Below, piece by piece: positions 25,252 through 38,929 of a stretch of DNA of 64,000 nucleotides. Source of the DNA: Camelus ferus. Lineage: Eukaryota. Under the pieces are notes generated by a model. It searched no databases. It was not told where the DNA came from and was given only the letters and a program-made list of their open reading frames with translations. Where the stretch lies: the NCBI RefSeq assembly GCF_009834535.1, contig NC_045696.1, forward strand, positions 53,012,001-53,076,000, in the 5' to 3' direction. A program made the translations under genes and the position numbers. How positions within the stretch are numbered: the stretch's first letter is position 1; each line of letters begins with the position of its first letter.

Positions 25252-25500
25252 AGAGTATAATTTAGTGGCTAGACACTGGGCTCTGAAGCCAGGCAAGATT
25301 CCAATCTTCGTTCCTCAAATTACTAGCTGTCAAATCTTGGGGAAATTAGTTAGTCTTTCTTTGACTCAGTTTTCCCATGTGCAGGATAAGAAACTTAACC
25401 TGTCTTATAGGATTTTCAAGTATTACATGAGATAATTAACGTGTGCAAAATACTTAACCTATTGCCTGGAATATACTAAGTGCTTATAATAAATGCTGTT
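25252..25500 (+). mobile_element. Near full-length MIR
   Basis: agtggctagacactgggctctgaagccagg...ttactagctgt...ctcagttttcccatgtg...tgcctggaatatactaagtgct. Confidence 0.8.
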
Positions 25501-28500
25501 GACCTTGGGACATGTTAATGCCACCTGATTAAGATGTTGGGTTCACAGTTTAAAAAAATTGGGGGGAACACGTAAGTGAATAAATGAATGAATGAATGCA
25601 TGAAGGAAGGACAGAAAACTTCTCTCTAGAAATACACTTTTAGGAGGTTAACGGTGACCAGTAACTTCTATTTACTTTGATCTGAGATGTCTCTGAAGAT
25701 TAGACTAAATCATCTACGTAGTATTTATTGCCATAATAGCGTGGTATACTGAATATATTTCTTTCTGTTTTTAATATTTTTGCTTTCATATGAATTGAAG
25801 CTCAGCTCCCATTTTGAGCTGTGTACTACAATCACTTAACACTGTTGTTTTTAATTGGAAGTAATTCACTTGGTAAGTCTAAAGTAAGATAGAGAAGTGC
25901 AAGTGAGAAAGGCAAGGGAGGGCACCAGGCTAGAAATATTGCCCAAATGCTTATTTTCCCGTGTTGTAAGACTAATGACTAAGATCATCTCTTATATCAG
26001 TTAAGTGTTACAGTTGATTGGGAAACCACAAATGAATAATTTCTCTTTCGTGCAATTAAAATACCAACCTTAAGGCAACATTAGAATATTCTGCATAACA
26101 TTTACTTCAGGTTTTCATGAGAGAGGGAAAAAAAAAAAACTTCATTTGATGCAGTTCCAAGGTCTGTCTTTCTTTCCTGCCAGGGTTTGAAATAACCTAT
26201 ATTTAAATGTATAGCAGTGTTTTCAGAGAACCACAGGCATAGAGAATTAGAAGTCTGTAACTGGAAGCATCTTTTGGGGTTGAGAAATGTAAGCTATTGT
26301 GAAAGCTCAACAATACATGTTGAAATAATTAAATCTTTTGGAAATGATTGAACTGGATGTTTTCAAATAAACAAATCTACATTTGTCATTCTGAATTCTT
26401 TTTTTGGAAAGATGGTGTGTCTCCCTCCTGTTTAGGTAATTAAAAATAGTCACCTGATGATCATTCATTATCAACCATTTTTGCACAGGGGAAAAAATGT
26501 TTTGGGGCTGAGACCTTGCTTGCAAAATTTCATCCCTCAAAGGAAGTCTTTCTCTAGAAGCTATTATTCACTATCCAAGTGGGATTAAAAGCATTACTTC
26601 ACGCCTAAGAATGTGTTCACAGCACAGAGCGTCTCTCCCTTGGTGGCTAGGTTCCAGTGCCTGCATTTTATGTAGATGCCATGCACCAATCTGAAAAGCT
26701 GGACAGTTTCCAGTGGCATTAGGGTTTGGGAGAAGAGCTGTTGCTCCTCAGAACTTTACTTCTCTTATGAATGTTATTGTCTCCATTTATTTTAATGCAA
26801 TGAGTGGGAAAGAAGATGGGAATAAAATACATACACAGAAGCCTCTATCTAACAGTCCTGTTGGTTTGGGCATCACAAAAAAAGGCACAGGAAAACCTTT
26901 GAGAGTTTAGAGCCTGCTGCGTGAGAGAGATAAAAGTAGAAACAGCAAATTGGCTCCAATACAAATGGCAGGTGCATTTGTTCACTGGAGGCAAGTTGGC
27001 AATTTAGTTTTCAATGACCAGCTTGTCTCTCTAAGGTTCACCTTTTAAAGTCCTCCCTTTTGCCCCCAACTTACATCGCCAAAGCTCTGCGTCATCTTGA
27101 GTGCCCATGCTCCAGGTAACAATGACTCTTTACCCTGTTTCTTTTTGGAAAAAAAAAGAAATGTACTGGTCCTCTTTTCTGCTTATTGGGTATTGGAATT
27201 CAAAAGAAAGAAATGGAAAATTTGCTGAAGCTAGCACAGTGGAACAGCATACCCAGAGAGAAAGCAAATGTGTGTTATGTATGGATGGTTCTGTTCTATC
27301 TCTACAAACACAAACTGATGGGAAGGGAACTCGCCAGCAAAACACTGGGTTTCTGACCTCTCTCCAGCATTTCCATGGAAAGCAGAGAATTCAAAGCCAT
27401 TGTCCCTGCTGCCAGCATGGGATTTAAGAGATGGAGGTCAAAGGAGAAGGATTCAGAATGGAGAGGCTGATGAGAGCAATCTGTCTTCACTGAAAGGAGA
27501 TGGAGAGAGGTGACAGTTATCCAACTCCCTGCCTTAGATAAGCAAGGAGAAATGACTGCTTTCTGGGTACAGCTCAGCTGAACAAAAATCCATTCACCTT
27601 CTCTTTACATAAAAGCACACGTAACTGAAATATATATGACATACATGCCAACCATTGCTTATTTTTGTACCTACCATTCTTATTGGTTGGTCCTTCATCT
27701 CTATGTTTCCATCATTATTAACTAACTCAGAAATTCCTCTTTTGAACATCTTTGGGAGAGATGGAAAAAAATCACAGTAGGCTCTTCCATGAGAACTTCA
27801 TTTTAGAGATTCTGAAGTGTATGAAGTGAACAAGGTCACATGATTTTAAGGCCTATTCTAGTCAACAAAATAGCAAATTGATCTTGGGCAGAAATCAAAA
27901 GAAAAGTGTATAACAAATAAGTGATTTCTGAATTGCACAGTTGTCTTCTAATGAACATCAATTTATCAAATATGCTGTCCTAGGTTTAGCTGGAAATTGA
28001 TGAAACAAGGCTATCTCAAAACTGTTGCTCCCCTCTACGAAATTAAAGGCCTCTGAGTTTAGGCAGGTGAACAGAACTCCTATTCAAAATTCAGTTTGCA
28101 AATAAATGACTGAACTGAGTGTCCCCTGGGATGGGGCTTCTTCTGTCTATTCCTACAGTGGAGGAAGAGGGGACAAAACTTAAATGTTTCACTTTTCCAA
28201 TGGCATTGATCATGCCGCAGAAATGTGTACCGTAAAGAAGGAAACAGTAGAAATAGCGGTAGAAGCTTACATGGATACCAACAGAGACCTCTCGGTACTC
28301 TCAATAGACAAACTCCTGGGATATTTTATTTTAATTCAGCAAGGAGGAAACAAAGGCATGCGTACGTTTTGAGCTCCACAAAAATAAAGTATATGAAAGT
28401 GAACTTTGACTTCCAAATGGAATACATTGTTCCATATAGCAAATTGTTCTAAAACTTCATGAATGGGGAGGCATTTTTCTCTATGAATATAGTTGGAGCA

Positions 28501-28784
28501 CTAACCTATGCTTGAAGTAAACTATATTATTTGTTTTTTTCTTGCCATAGACCGCTACACATTGCTACAGTAGAATATACATGTATATATACACACATAT
28601 TACATATATAATTTAATTAGATTTATTGAAGTTGATTGTATATTAAGTTTAGGGACAATGTTAGGTAATGAACAGGACCTTCACTGCCTAAAAGATGGTG
28701 TCAACCATTCTGAAGTGTGTGACTATGAAGTTCACGATTACCTATTCTTCTGTTCCTGCTGTGAGAAGATGTGAAGGGATATGA

Positions 28785-28940
28785 TAACAACACCTAATGT
28801 TTACTGAGCACTTACTAAGTGTTTAGCACTCATGAATTCACTGAATCTCTCCCTTCTGGGAGATAGGTGCCATTACTAGTTCCCTTTTATAGATGAGGAA
28901 ACTGCTTATTAGAGCCATATAAATAGCTAGGTTCCTGCTA
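28785..28940 (-). mobile_element. MIR SINE
   Basis: tttactgagcacttacta...ttttatagatgaggaaactg. Confidence 0.7.
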
Positions 28941-29034
28941 GAAGCTCCAGGAGGATAATGTTCCATTGTCTTTCTTCTCAGTCTCTCCCTGATCTGCTTG
29001 GAAATGATTTTCTTTCCTACACAACTTTCTAGTG

Positions 29035-29263
29035 CAGGGCTTCTCGAGCTTGGCATTACTGACATTATGGGCTGGATAACTCTTTTTCTGTGGGAGTTGT
29101 CCTATGTATTTATAGAATGTCAAGCAATATCCTGGCCACCATCCACTAAATACTAGTAGTTCCTTCCCCTCCCACCCTCCAGCCAGTTACAAACGCCAAG
29201 AATGTCTTCAGACATTGCCAAATATCCCTAGAGGGCAAAGCTACCCTGGGTTGAGAATCACTG
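29035..29263. mobile_element. MER20 hAT-Charlie DNA transposon
   Basis: CAGGGCTTCTC...GTTGAGAATCACTG termini; actgacattatgggctggataa and aatgtcttcagacattgccaaat; flanks TTCTAGTG/CTCTGGAG resemble the nTCTAGAn hAT target. Confidence 0.9.
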
Positions 29264-31621
29264 CTCTGGAGGGTTGTATTAGATAGACTAGGAAGGGCAA
29301 TGATCTACCAGGCTGCAGGCAACTGTAGATGGCATCGCCTCTCTTTCTCAAAGACAATGGTAGCTCCCACAACAGAAGGCTTGCCCCTAAAATGAAATCA
29401 CTCTTGTGTCTCTGGACCAAGTGTAAAATTAGCTATGGAACCAGGTTTGTAAATGGCTCTGAAAAGCTATTAATTTTATTCCTTGGGATGCTGTTCTTCT
29501 TAAAAAAAAGTAATAAAAGGATGGTTTCAACTATTTCCATTCCTTTTTACTTTTAAAACATGCATCTCTGGATCTGCATCCTTTTTTAATAACAAATTAA
29601 TTAACAAATTAAAAATGTAATGTATGTTCTTCCAGAAGGTTCTACGACAGCCTTCTGTTTACCTTCTTCCATGTAGAATGTGAACCGCGAGGATGCTGGC
29701 AGGCTAATACATAATTATTAGAGTCAGTTTAATGCCAAAGACATGAAAAGGTTGCTTCTATTTGTCTACTCTGCTTGAGAGAGAAGTGATGCTGATATCC
29801 ACCTCACTCAGAGCAGATGTCACCTCAGCACAAGGCAACAAAATGATACTTCCTGGGTGGTGAAGCAGCATCACAGTGTGAAATACTATCCAACAAAACT
29901 TACCAGGAACACCACTAAGTTATCTTGCTGCTATGCAAAGCAGACCTGCCCATAACACCTGGCCTGTGTACAAATGGCTCTTTAGGATTGGCTGGAAAAT
30001 GGAAAGAATCCATCCTTAATGTCTTTCTACTTAGGCTTTCAAAGTTTCCTCTACTTTACTTTCCTGACCCCTCTTTACCAACTTAAGACAAATGCCATTC
30101 CTCTTTTAATTCCAGTATTCCCAAGTAAGAATGCTTGAGCTACATGGACAGATAGAATGTACTCAGGGGAAATGCTCAGGGTTGCCTACCTGGCAGTGTG
30201 TCATGTCCTGCGAGAAATGCTGTTCTGCTTTCAGGATGGAAAGCAATGGGAATAATAATATGTAAATTGATGTATCAAGATTTCTGAAAGCTCAGCATTA
30301 TTTCCCATTGCCCAAAGATTTCACCTCGCCTTATTAACTATTCTAACAACCCTGCCTTTTTTTTTGTTTGTTTGTGTAATTCTTGTTTCCTCCCATTTAG
30401 CACATAGAAAAAAGCATTAGTAACACTCTTGGTTTTAAATGAACCCTATTAATATCCCCCTGTGCAAGGGACTCTGGGATAATTTTGATAAATGTGGCCA
30501 TGAAGCTGATCTGACAGAGCTGAGTGTGATGTTTGTGTGTTCATGGGGAACTGCTTCATGCACAGAACAAGGACAGACTGAGACAGCAAGTCTGGCAGGT
30601 CTCTATTTCTGAGCCACAGCTTAGCAACCTAAAGTAGAAATGTAATTGTACTAAAAAACAAAAAACTAATACAAAACAGAACAAGCGATCTTTATGAAGA
30701 TAAAACAAACCCCACTACATTCTGATTAGTTCTGATGAGGAGGTTATTCACATACCAGAATCCTCAGTTCTCCCAGCCCTGATTGGCCAGACCAGAAAGC
30801 TGCACAGGAGGGTAATGAGAAGAAAACCTGTGTATACAAGGGAAGAGGTGAGCATGCGGGGCTCAGACTCCATTTCTCTCTATGTCCCCTGGCAGTGGAA
30901 GTTGCCCCTGAGAGACTACATGCCTTGCAAGTGGGATTATATTTTCTGGATGGAAGGTGGGGAAAAAAAGTCAGGCTGCCATTTCTGAAAAAGCTTAACT
31001 ATAGATGTCAGAAGTTCTTGGGTATAGGAATTATTTCACATACATGAGTTGCCTGGAGAGAGCCTCACAAAGGTTGTTAGCCTTAAAGCCTTAAAAAAAA
31101 ATACATAAATAAGTGCTATGGCATCGAAGGATTATAAGCAGCAGAAAGATGGTTATTAATTACGCTAAAGGATCTTCTAGCCTAAGAACAATGAAACCCC
31201 AAATATGGGGGCACAGAATAGAAGAGACAAAATTTAACTTCTTTCTACAACTGCCTCCAAGTATTTCTCTTTTTTTCTCTTAAATATTTTATTAATTTTT
31301 ATTAGGAGATTAGATTCTATTTTGGGAACCAGTGACCATTTTCTCAACACAAAAGTACAGAGATAATCACAATGAGTGAAGAGAACATTGGCAGGAAACA
31401 AGCAAGAAGTGAAGGTAATAAAGGTGGTGTTTGGGGATCATATTTTGGCAGGAGATAGCAAACATGATGGGAGAATATGATAACAGTGTAAAAAATGTGT
31501 AGAACCACAGACAGCTCAGAATGCTTGTTCTTGGGGAGGACATAAAAAAGGCACAAAAGTAGAAATTCTTCACAAATTGGATATTCCTTAAGTGTTTCAG
31601 AGAAGCAGAATGGAATGGTTG

Positions 31622-31830
31622 ATGGCTATCATTTATTGAGTATGTACGATAGTAGCAAGCCTTATTCTTAGAATGTCTTATTTAATTACCAGATTCTTTT
31701 TGAGATTAAACTCACTTTACCTATAACTAAACTGAGGCTCAAAGATATTAACCATGCTGCAAAATAAATGGTGTCACACTCAAAAGGCAAAAACCCAGGC
31801 TCAAGGATAGGGCTCCCAAAGTCCCATAAC
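31622..31830 (-). mobile_element. MIR SINE
   Basis: atggctatcatttattgagt...aaactgaggctcaaaga. Confidence 0.65.
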
Positions 31831-33299
31831 CTACAGGGTCCAGGCCTGCCTAAATTCAGAGTAGAAACTCTTTTTCTCCACTTACCCATGTTCTTCACAA
31901 TTTGACACTTGTATTATAGATGAGAAATAGAAATCCCTTCTGATAGGCTATAAAGTAAGTGTGTTGCTACCCAAGCCATTCTTCATCCATATAATTGTTA
32001 GCTTTTAAAGAGTCATACAATGCAACACTATTAACATAACAATCCTCGGAATTTAAAAGACATGACAAAGCTGTCTTTTTTTTTTTTTTTTTTGAAACTG
32101 ACACAGCTCTTATCCTGGGCTGCATTGCCTTTGGGGTCGATGCAGACCTCCTGTTCTTAACTTGGTTGCTGGGAGTTTGCACCTGGTAGCAGCATTTCCA
32201 TCTGGAGATTCGATCAGAACCCATTAAGCACTGAGGTAGACTGCCTGGAAGTGGAAAATATGGAGCAGTGAAGCTCAGCTTGGGCTACATGAATTCACCT
32301 TCGGAAAAAAAGAAACAGGGAAAAAAAAATACTGCCCAAGAGCAATTGTTCCTGCATAGCAACTCTGGTCTAATTGATTTGGACACCACAGCTAATTTTC
32401 CCTCCGACATCTGTTAGTACACATTAGTGGATGTCGTTAGGTAGGAAGGCGCAGATTAGATGTGGAGCAAAGCTCAAAGGCCCTGGTTTGGGAGACTGGA
32501 GCAGACGGAGGAATGACAACATATAGAGTCTGCCAGTCCCCCAACAGGGCCAGATACTTCTGTGGTAGCCACTCTGAAAGGAAACAGTAATGGCTGGAAA
32601 GCCATGGCAGTTGTGCATAACAGTCTGATCCTTTTTTGTGTTTGCCCAAACAGTAAGTGTTTTTTAAACTTCCAAGGGCAAGAGAAAGGTGCTCCAGACA
32701 TCAACACAGCCAAAACAAATATGAAATACGGATAAGCACTGTCAATGCTCCTTCTCTCCACAGGTCTATTTCATTCTTGTATTTCAAGCATGGCATTGCG
32801 GCGATGACTCCAGGGCTCGCTCATACATGAGTCAGGCAGCTGATAAAATGCTGGTCAGGTCAGACTTGTCCAAATCATCTCCCATTGCAAAGGGCTGAGA
32901 AATAAGTCCTGTTTTATTTATTCTTTCTTAGGCAGCGGTTCTCGGATACTTAACTGATGTCAGAATGCAGTTTCTATCCTTTGGGACATGTTTTGCAGTT
33001 GAGCAAGTCAGAAAAATCATCTGATGCCCTCAAGGAAATCCTCCTCCACAAGCTGGTCTATACCGATGACTACTTTCGCAATGAATACATTTAAAAGATT
33101 ATGATCCCCTTTCAGAAGCAGTACAATGTTATGCCTTGCAAATAAGCTAGAGAAAGAAAAGGCTGCATCTCAGTCCAAAACAGAAAAATCCTACATACAG
33201 GCAAGTGCTTCTATCAGTAATATAGACAATCTTTCCCTCACAGCTCCTGGCAGCCATTATAACATATGCCTCTAATTATTTCACTCTCTTCTGAAGATC

Positions 33300-33795
33300 T
33301 TTACTCACCCTAGCCTGCAAGATATAGTCAAATATCCTTCACAGCGTGTTTAAAGCTCACACACTCTGTCAGCTGATGATTCCAGCTTCAGCTCCCCAAA
33401 TTCCAATATTCCTCTGACTCCATTTCAAATGGACCATCCTGAACATCCCAGCCATTTCTTTGCCTGTATGTTTCTTCCTTTTGACTCCCTGGACAACTCT
33501 GGCTTTTTTTCAAGGCCCTGCCCCACATCTCCTCCTTAGTGAAACCTTTCTCATGTTCCAGTGAGAGGGTCATTTCCTCTCTGTGTGTCAACTGGACTGT
33601 CCTCATGTTTCCATAGATTTTATCACCCATCATACTTTTTTGTTTGCAATTCTATTCTTTCTTCTCCTCAACTTCCCTCCTTGGCATCCACACAAATATC
33701 TAGTAGGGCTATGTTATTAGTCACCTTTGAATTTCCAAAATCTGGCATAGGGTAGGTCCTTAATAAATATGTGCTGAAAGGATGAATTTATAAAT
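33300..33795 (+). mobile_element. L2 3' end
   Basis: ttcaaggccctg...catctcctccttagtgaaacctttc...tctggcatagggtaggtccttaataaatatgtgctgaa. Confidence 0.7.
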
Positions 33796-34299
33796 AAACT
33801 TTGCCACTGAATATACTGTTTTGGTAGCAGTTAGTGGAGTGGTTCATCGCTGGAGAAGAGTATCAGTGACAGGACTTCAGAATGACCGGGCATCTTTTAC
33901 TTGGCAGAGTTGACCAACGTATCCAATATGAAGAACTTTGTTACGTATGAGCACTCTTTACATAAGATGGCAAAGAAAGAATCACCCAGTCACCAGTTTA
34001 ACAAGGGAGGAGTATTTTGTGCAGTGCAGTTCTGAGGACTAAATTATGGTATCTGAGACCCTGAAAAATGATGAAATAAAGTGGGGTGACAAGAGATAAT
34101 GCACAAAGTACCTGCAGAAGCATATCTCTGAATAGTGTGACTTAGCTATGGACTGCCCTCCAGAAGAAATATAAAATATACAGAGTTACATTACTTACAT
34201 GGTGACTAGATCAAACAAATATAAATGTCACAATACTCTTTTCTGTAAGTTGGTTTTGCTTCCACACTACCTTAAGGATGGGACAGGGGAGAACCAAAC

Positions 34300-34505
34300 T
34301 GAAGTGGTTACTTAGCACTTATTATATATCAGGCACTATGTCCAGTCCTTTCACGTTGTTTTAGATAAGGTATTATCATCCCCATTTAAAAGGTTAGAAA
34401 TTGAGGTTTAATGAAATGATAAAATTCATCCAAGTCCCAGATCTAAAGATACAGTACCTAAATCAAACATGGTTTCAAAGCCATGACTCTTTTCACTATG
34501 TAATA
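34300..34505 (-). mobile_element. MIR SINE
   Basis: agcacttattatatatcaggcactatg...tattatcatccccattt...aaattgagg...caaagccatgactcttt. Confidence 0.7.
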
Positions 34506-35614
34506 ACTTCCTATTTATTTTCTGCATTATAATATGAGGTAAAATAAAGTGTGACACAGAGAGGACACAGGAATTAAAGATAAAGAAGGCTGAGACACTA
34601 CTGGAATAGAAAAAGTGAAAGGCAGCGCAGAAATGGATGAGTTGAAATTCTCTGCTGTAAATCTTGTGGGAGCTCAAGTTCAGTTGAGCACAGAGCCTCC
34701 TCTTGGTTCACTCTCAGATGATGATTGAGAGACGATAAATTCAGTGTGTGCGTTATAGAGGACTGCAGTGCCCTGCTGGTGCTTGAAGCCAGGGGTGTCC
34801 ATCTGTCCTAGCTTTAATGGGATTGACCAGGCTTTGCTATCTCTGCTCTCTGCCAGATAGAATCAGAAGGCATCAGTGTTAGTAATTTGGGAGCAGTTTT
34901 TGGCTATGTAAGTGGCTGTTAGTAGAATTTATGGACAGTAAAGCTTGATTCAGGGCCAGCCTGTAGCAAAACCTGGGAGCGGACAGTTCATCTTCTCTAC
35001 ATTCATAAGTGTTCCATTCTTCCCAGTGACCATTAGTCAGGAAAGAAAGTATTTGAAACATCCCAGTAATTTGTAGCAAGACATTGATGGCATCTGCTAC
35101 CTCTCTCCTCCACCCTCTCCCAACAAAAAGGTGTCTGCCTTTTAAAGTCTGTCTTATGTTCTGAGACTGTAAAGTAAAAGAGGTTGCAATAGGGTGCTTA
35201 CTTCTGTAAGCATCTTCGCTGACTACTCACAAAGCTGTGATGATTATTTTTCCTTTTGTTGACGGGATATGAGGCGCCTCTAGCTGCCTCATCTATTTCC
35301 CAACTTCTATTTTCTTGGCTCAATTAACCATTCTTTTTTTTTTTTTTTTCTGAAGAAGGATAATTCTGGATGCATAAAAATGCATTTTTAATATCAATGA
35401 TCAGCCTTCAGAAATTAGATTAAAATACCAGTGTTTTCACTTTCTATTTCTATGGCATGTATATTTTAACCAACATCAGTTTTTGAACCAAAGCAGACAG
35501 CAAGGTAGACTTAGCTACTATATATGTTTTTTATTTGAGGAAAAGTCAAAGGTCCTGCTTATTTATCCTACTTAACAGAGAGTCTGTCTCTTTAAACAAA
35601 AGATAAAACGCCCG

Positions 35615-36140
35615 GTGCAGGTCAGGGATTATTCTTTGCACTGAATAGCTTCCATTTGTACACTCCCTCCCAACCTAGATTCCCTGTGCTCTGTGCCCTG
35701 GAAAGCTGACCATATGAATTATGTCAGTGGCATCCTTGCTTCTGGCTTCCAGTTGGTATTGGCCGGTGAGGAACATGGCTGAGAGATTTGAAAGACGGAG
35801 GAGACCTCCGTCTAGGCATTTATTGCCCTGGTTCCTGCACCCGTGTCTCCATCTGCTGGCTGCAGTATCCTACCACAGTCCCAGCTCCTGTCAGAGGCTT
35901 CCAGCACACAGATCTCTCTTTTTCTGGCCTCTGTTAACTGCTCCTTCCCCATTACCTTTGTCAGACCCCCTGGTGATAACAGTTTCCTGAAGTTACTAGC
36001 CCTAGGGCATTGCATTATCCCTGTGATTTCCTTACCCCTGCCTTTTGCCCAAATATTAAAAAAAATTCTCTATTAAACTCCTTTGGAATTATCCAATTGG
36101 AGTGTGCCATCTGTTTCCTACAGGGACCCTAACTGATAAA
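35615..36140 (+). mobile_element. ERVL solo LTR, LTR33-like
   Basis: ctctgtgccctggaaagctgacc, ctggcttccagttgg, cagctcctgtcag, attaaactc and end gagtgtgccatctgtttcct...gggaccctaactgata. Confidence 0.85.
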
Positions 36141-37860
36141 GCTCTATAACTCAGATTTACCTTTAATCTGAAACCTGAGAATGGTCCTTGGGGAAATTAG
36201 AAAAAAAAAAAAATGTATCCACTAAGTCACAGGGTTGAAAATGGGCAGTTCAGCCTAGAAAAGCACCAGGAAACCAGACGAATTTCCCATGCCAGATACT
36301 CGCCATTATAATGTGGCTCACAGTCACCTACTAAAGCATGCTTCTCAGCCAAGGTTTTAATAGCAAAATAAAAGGTCTGGAGTCGGCTCTGCTCTCCTCA
36401 GGCCACGGGCATATTTCCCAGTTAATTCTAAATGACTTCTTTTTTAAAAGATCCAAAATATGAGTTGCTGTGAAATGCTGTCTTTTTTCCAACAGCCATA
36501 AAATTTATTCGTATCAGCAGTGTGATCAATGGCATCTTGGGAAAGATACACTATGCCTTGGAAGGCCACAGTGCAGGGCACACTGGAGTGCAGGATTCTC
36601 ACAGGATACCCTGGAACAATTCCAGAAATTCCAGGAAGGTGTTAAATAATTTTAAAAAGTACACAAGTCCTTGAAATGGTGACAAAAGGAAATCTTCTAC
36701 GACTGCCTCCAGCAGAGACCTGGTGGGGTAGCAGTAAGGAACATATTTGGGAGCCTCATTTTCCCTTCCCAGGGTATGGGATATGCAACTGGGAAAAATA
36801 AAATAAAATAAAGAGCTTCAGCACCTGGCACAGCTCGGAGCTGTGAATCATCAAGGCCAGCCCAGGAGCAGCAAGGTGAATGACAGTGACCTCCCTTGTC
36901 AGGTTTTAGCCTCCTATACATTTGGCACGAAAAATGGGGGTTTAAAATAGCTTTCCTGCAGGTTCCATGTGACTTGTCACTGGACCCAGACAGCACAAAA
37001 GGGCTGATTAGTGAGGAAAAAAAGAGAATCTTCTCCTGAGATGACTTCCAAAAGCTGCTTCTTGCAGCACAAATCTCCCTTTGAAAATGCAGAACTTGCT
37101 GGGAAAGGCAGCAGCATTCTCCCCTCCAAATGACAGAATTTTGCTTGAAAATCCTTTTCTTTTTTATGATGATCACCTTCCAGCTCCAATAGTCTTTACT
37201 TGAGGAGGAAATGGAAATTCAAAAGACATACTTTCCCCAAAGCCACTGCCCCAGCCTTCTTTTCCACTGGCCTTCAGCAAAGAATCCAGCCTCTTCTTTG
37301 CAGAGAGCTGTGAACAATGACTTCCTGGCCAGCTCTGGCTACCAGCAGAGCCACAGGCAGGTCACTTCTTCTTTGGGTGCCGTGCAGAACTTGACGAAGA
37401 CCCTGTTCATGTCCGGGCTGCCAGTTGAGAGGCACTGGTAGGTGCTGATCGCTGAAATGGCGCTGGAGGCTGGGGAAGGGAATGATTCCATTTTCCTCAC
37501 CTGATGAAGTAAAATTGCTCCCTAGGGGGATACAAGTGGGACAGCTGCCGTCCTGCCACCAGCTGCTAGAGAACTGCTCGCACCCATTTGTTCTTTAACG
37601 TTGGGCAAAGCATAGGAAAACAAGGGGAAGTGCTGAGATGTGAACTAAGGTAAAGAAAACAGAGGAAGGTGGGATTTAAAAGAAGAAAAAGGGGTGGAAG
37701 GGAGAGAAGCCATGAGCTGAGGAGTTGCCACTCCAGGCTGGTCAGTGATCCAAGTACTTCAGGATGGTGGGTAGATGGTCAATAGTGGATGCTTCACAAG
37801 GATGCCCTGACTGATAATTTATGATTGTGGACAAAAGCCTCTGTGCACAGAGCTGGCAAT

Positions 37861-38060
37861 GAAGAGAAAGGAGAAGAAGAAGAAGAAGGATAATGAAAGA
37901 AGGAGAAGACAAAGAGGAGGAAGAGGAGAGAAAGAAAGACAGAGACAGATGGAGATGGAGATAGAGACAGAAAGAGGTGGGACAGAGATAGAGATAGAGA
38001 TATAGACAGAGATGGTGAGAGAGATGGGAGGAGGAAGAGGAAAGGGAAAGACAGAACATA
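37861..38060 (+). repeat. Purine-rich low-complexity tract (GAA/GGA and GAGAYR hexamers)
   Basis: gaagagaaaggagaagaagaagaagaagg...gacagagacagatggagatggagatagagac. Confidence 0.85.
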
Positions 38061-38929
38061 CATCATAATTAAAAACTTAGAGGAAAATAGAAGAAACATG
38101 GCATGTGGCTTTTGTTTTATTTCCCTCTTATTCTATCAAACATCTTGAGTTGTAGCTTTTACAAATAAGTACTTATTTTAAATTAAGGAATTGTTCATAT
38201 AGAATTTACAGTCTCTGTATAAATTTATTATAAAGTCTTCCTCCCAAGACTTGTACAAAAAACTGAATGGCTTTATATGCCTCTAAGTCTCTGGTAGGTG
38301 GACACTATGCCAATGAGGCCAAGAAGTTCAATGTTAAAGGAGGCTGAGGCAACAAGACAAGACATTCTGCAAGAGTTCTAGTGTTGAAACGCCCCTTAAG
38401 AAGAAATTATTCACCTGCTAGCTACTAGTTCCCAGGCATTTGGGCTCCATTACCCAGGACATTGTTTTCAGAGAGGGTTCACACTCGTACACTCCGGTAG
38501 CAAACAAGTCAGTATGATGTTGTGCCAGATGCTCATGTGCTCCCAGACCTATTTCACATCTCATTGCTTAGCTGGATGGGATTTGATTGTACATGCTCTT
38601 TGGCCTCTCTAACCTGGTGGAGGGAATCATCCAGTTCTGAAGCAAAACTCGGTTTCATTAAAGGAAGCAGAGTAGAATGCAGAGTGAAAAGACTGGAAAT
38701 GAGATCAGGGTAAAGTATCTCTATTTATAAGTCATCTTGGCTCTGACTTAGTGGAGAGGAAAGGAGGACAGTCACTCTGAAGCCCTGTGGCACTGTCCAA
38801 CATCTGTTGCTCCTTGTCACCAAAAGTAAAAATTCTTAATTTACAACTCCAAGTATTGATCTTCATATTATATTTGAGAACGATATATTCCAGTCCCAGA
38901 TCTGCAGCCCTGACTACAAAGGTCAAGTG

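Noticed and set aside
28184..28372. 62-aa ORF with protein-like composition
   Set aside because: No recognisable family, splice context or poly-A/TSD; length expected by chance.
36697..37176. 159-aa minus-strand ORF
   Set aside because: Non-ATG start, no recognisable domain; likely a chance ORF in intronic sequence.
37742..38099. Leu/Ser-rich ORFs resembling membrane peptides
   Set aside because: Translation of the low-complexity purine tract.
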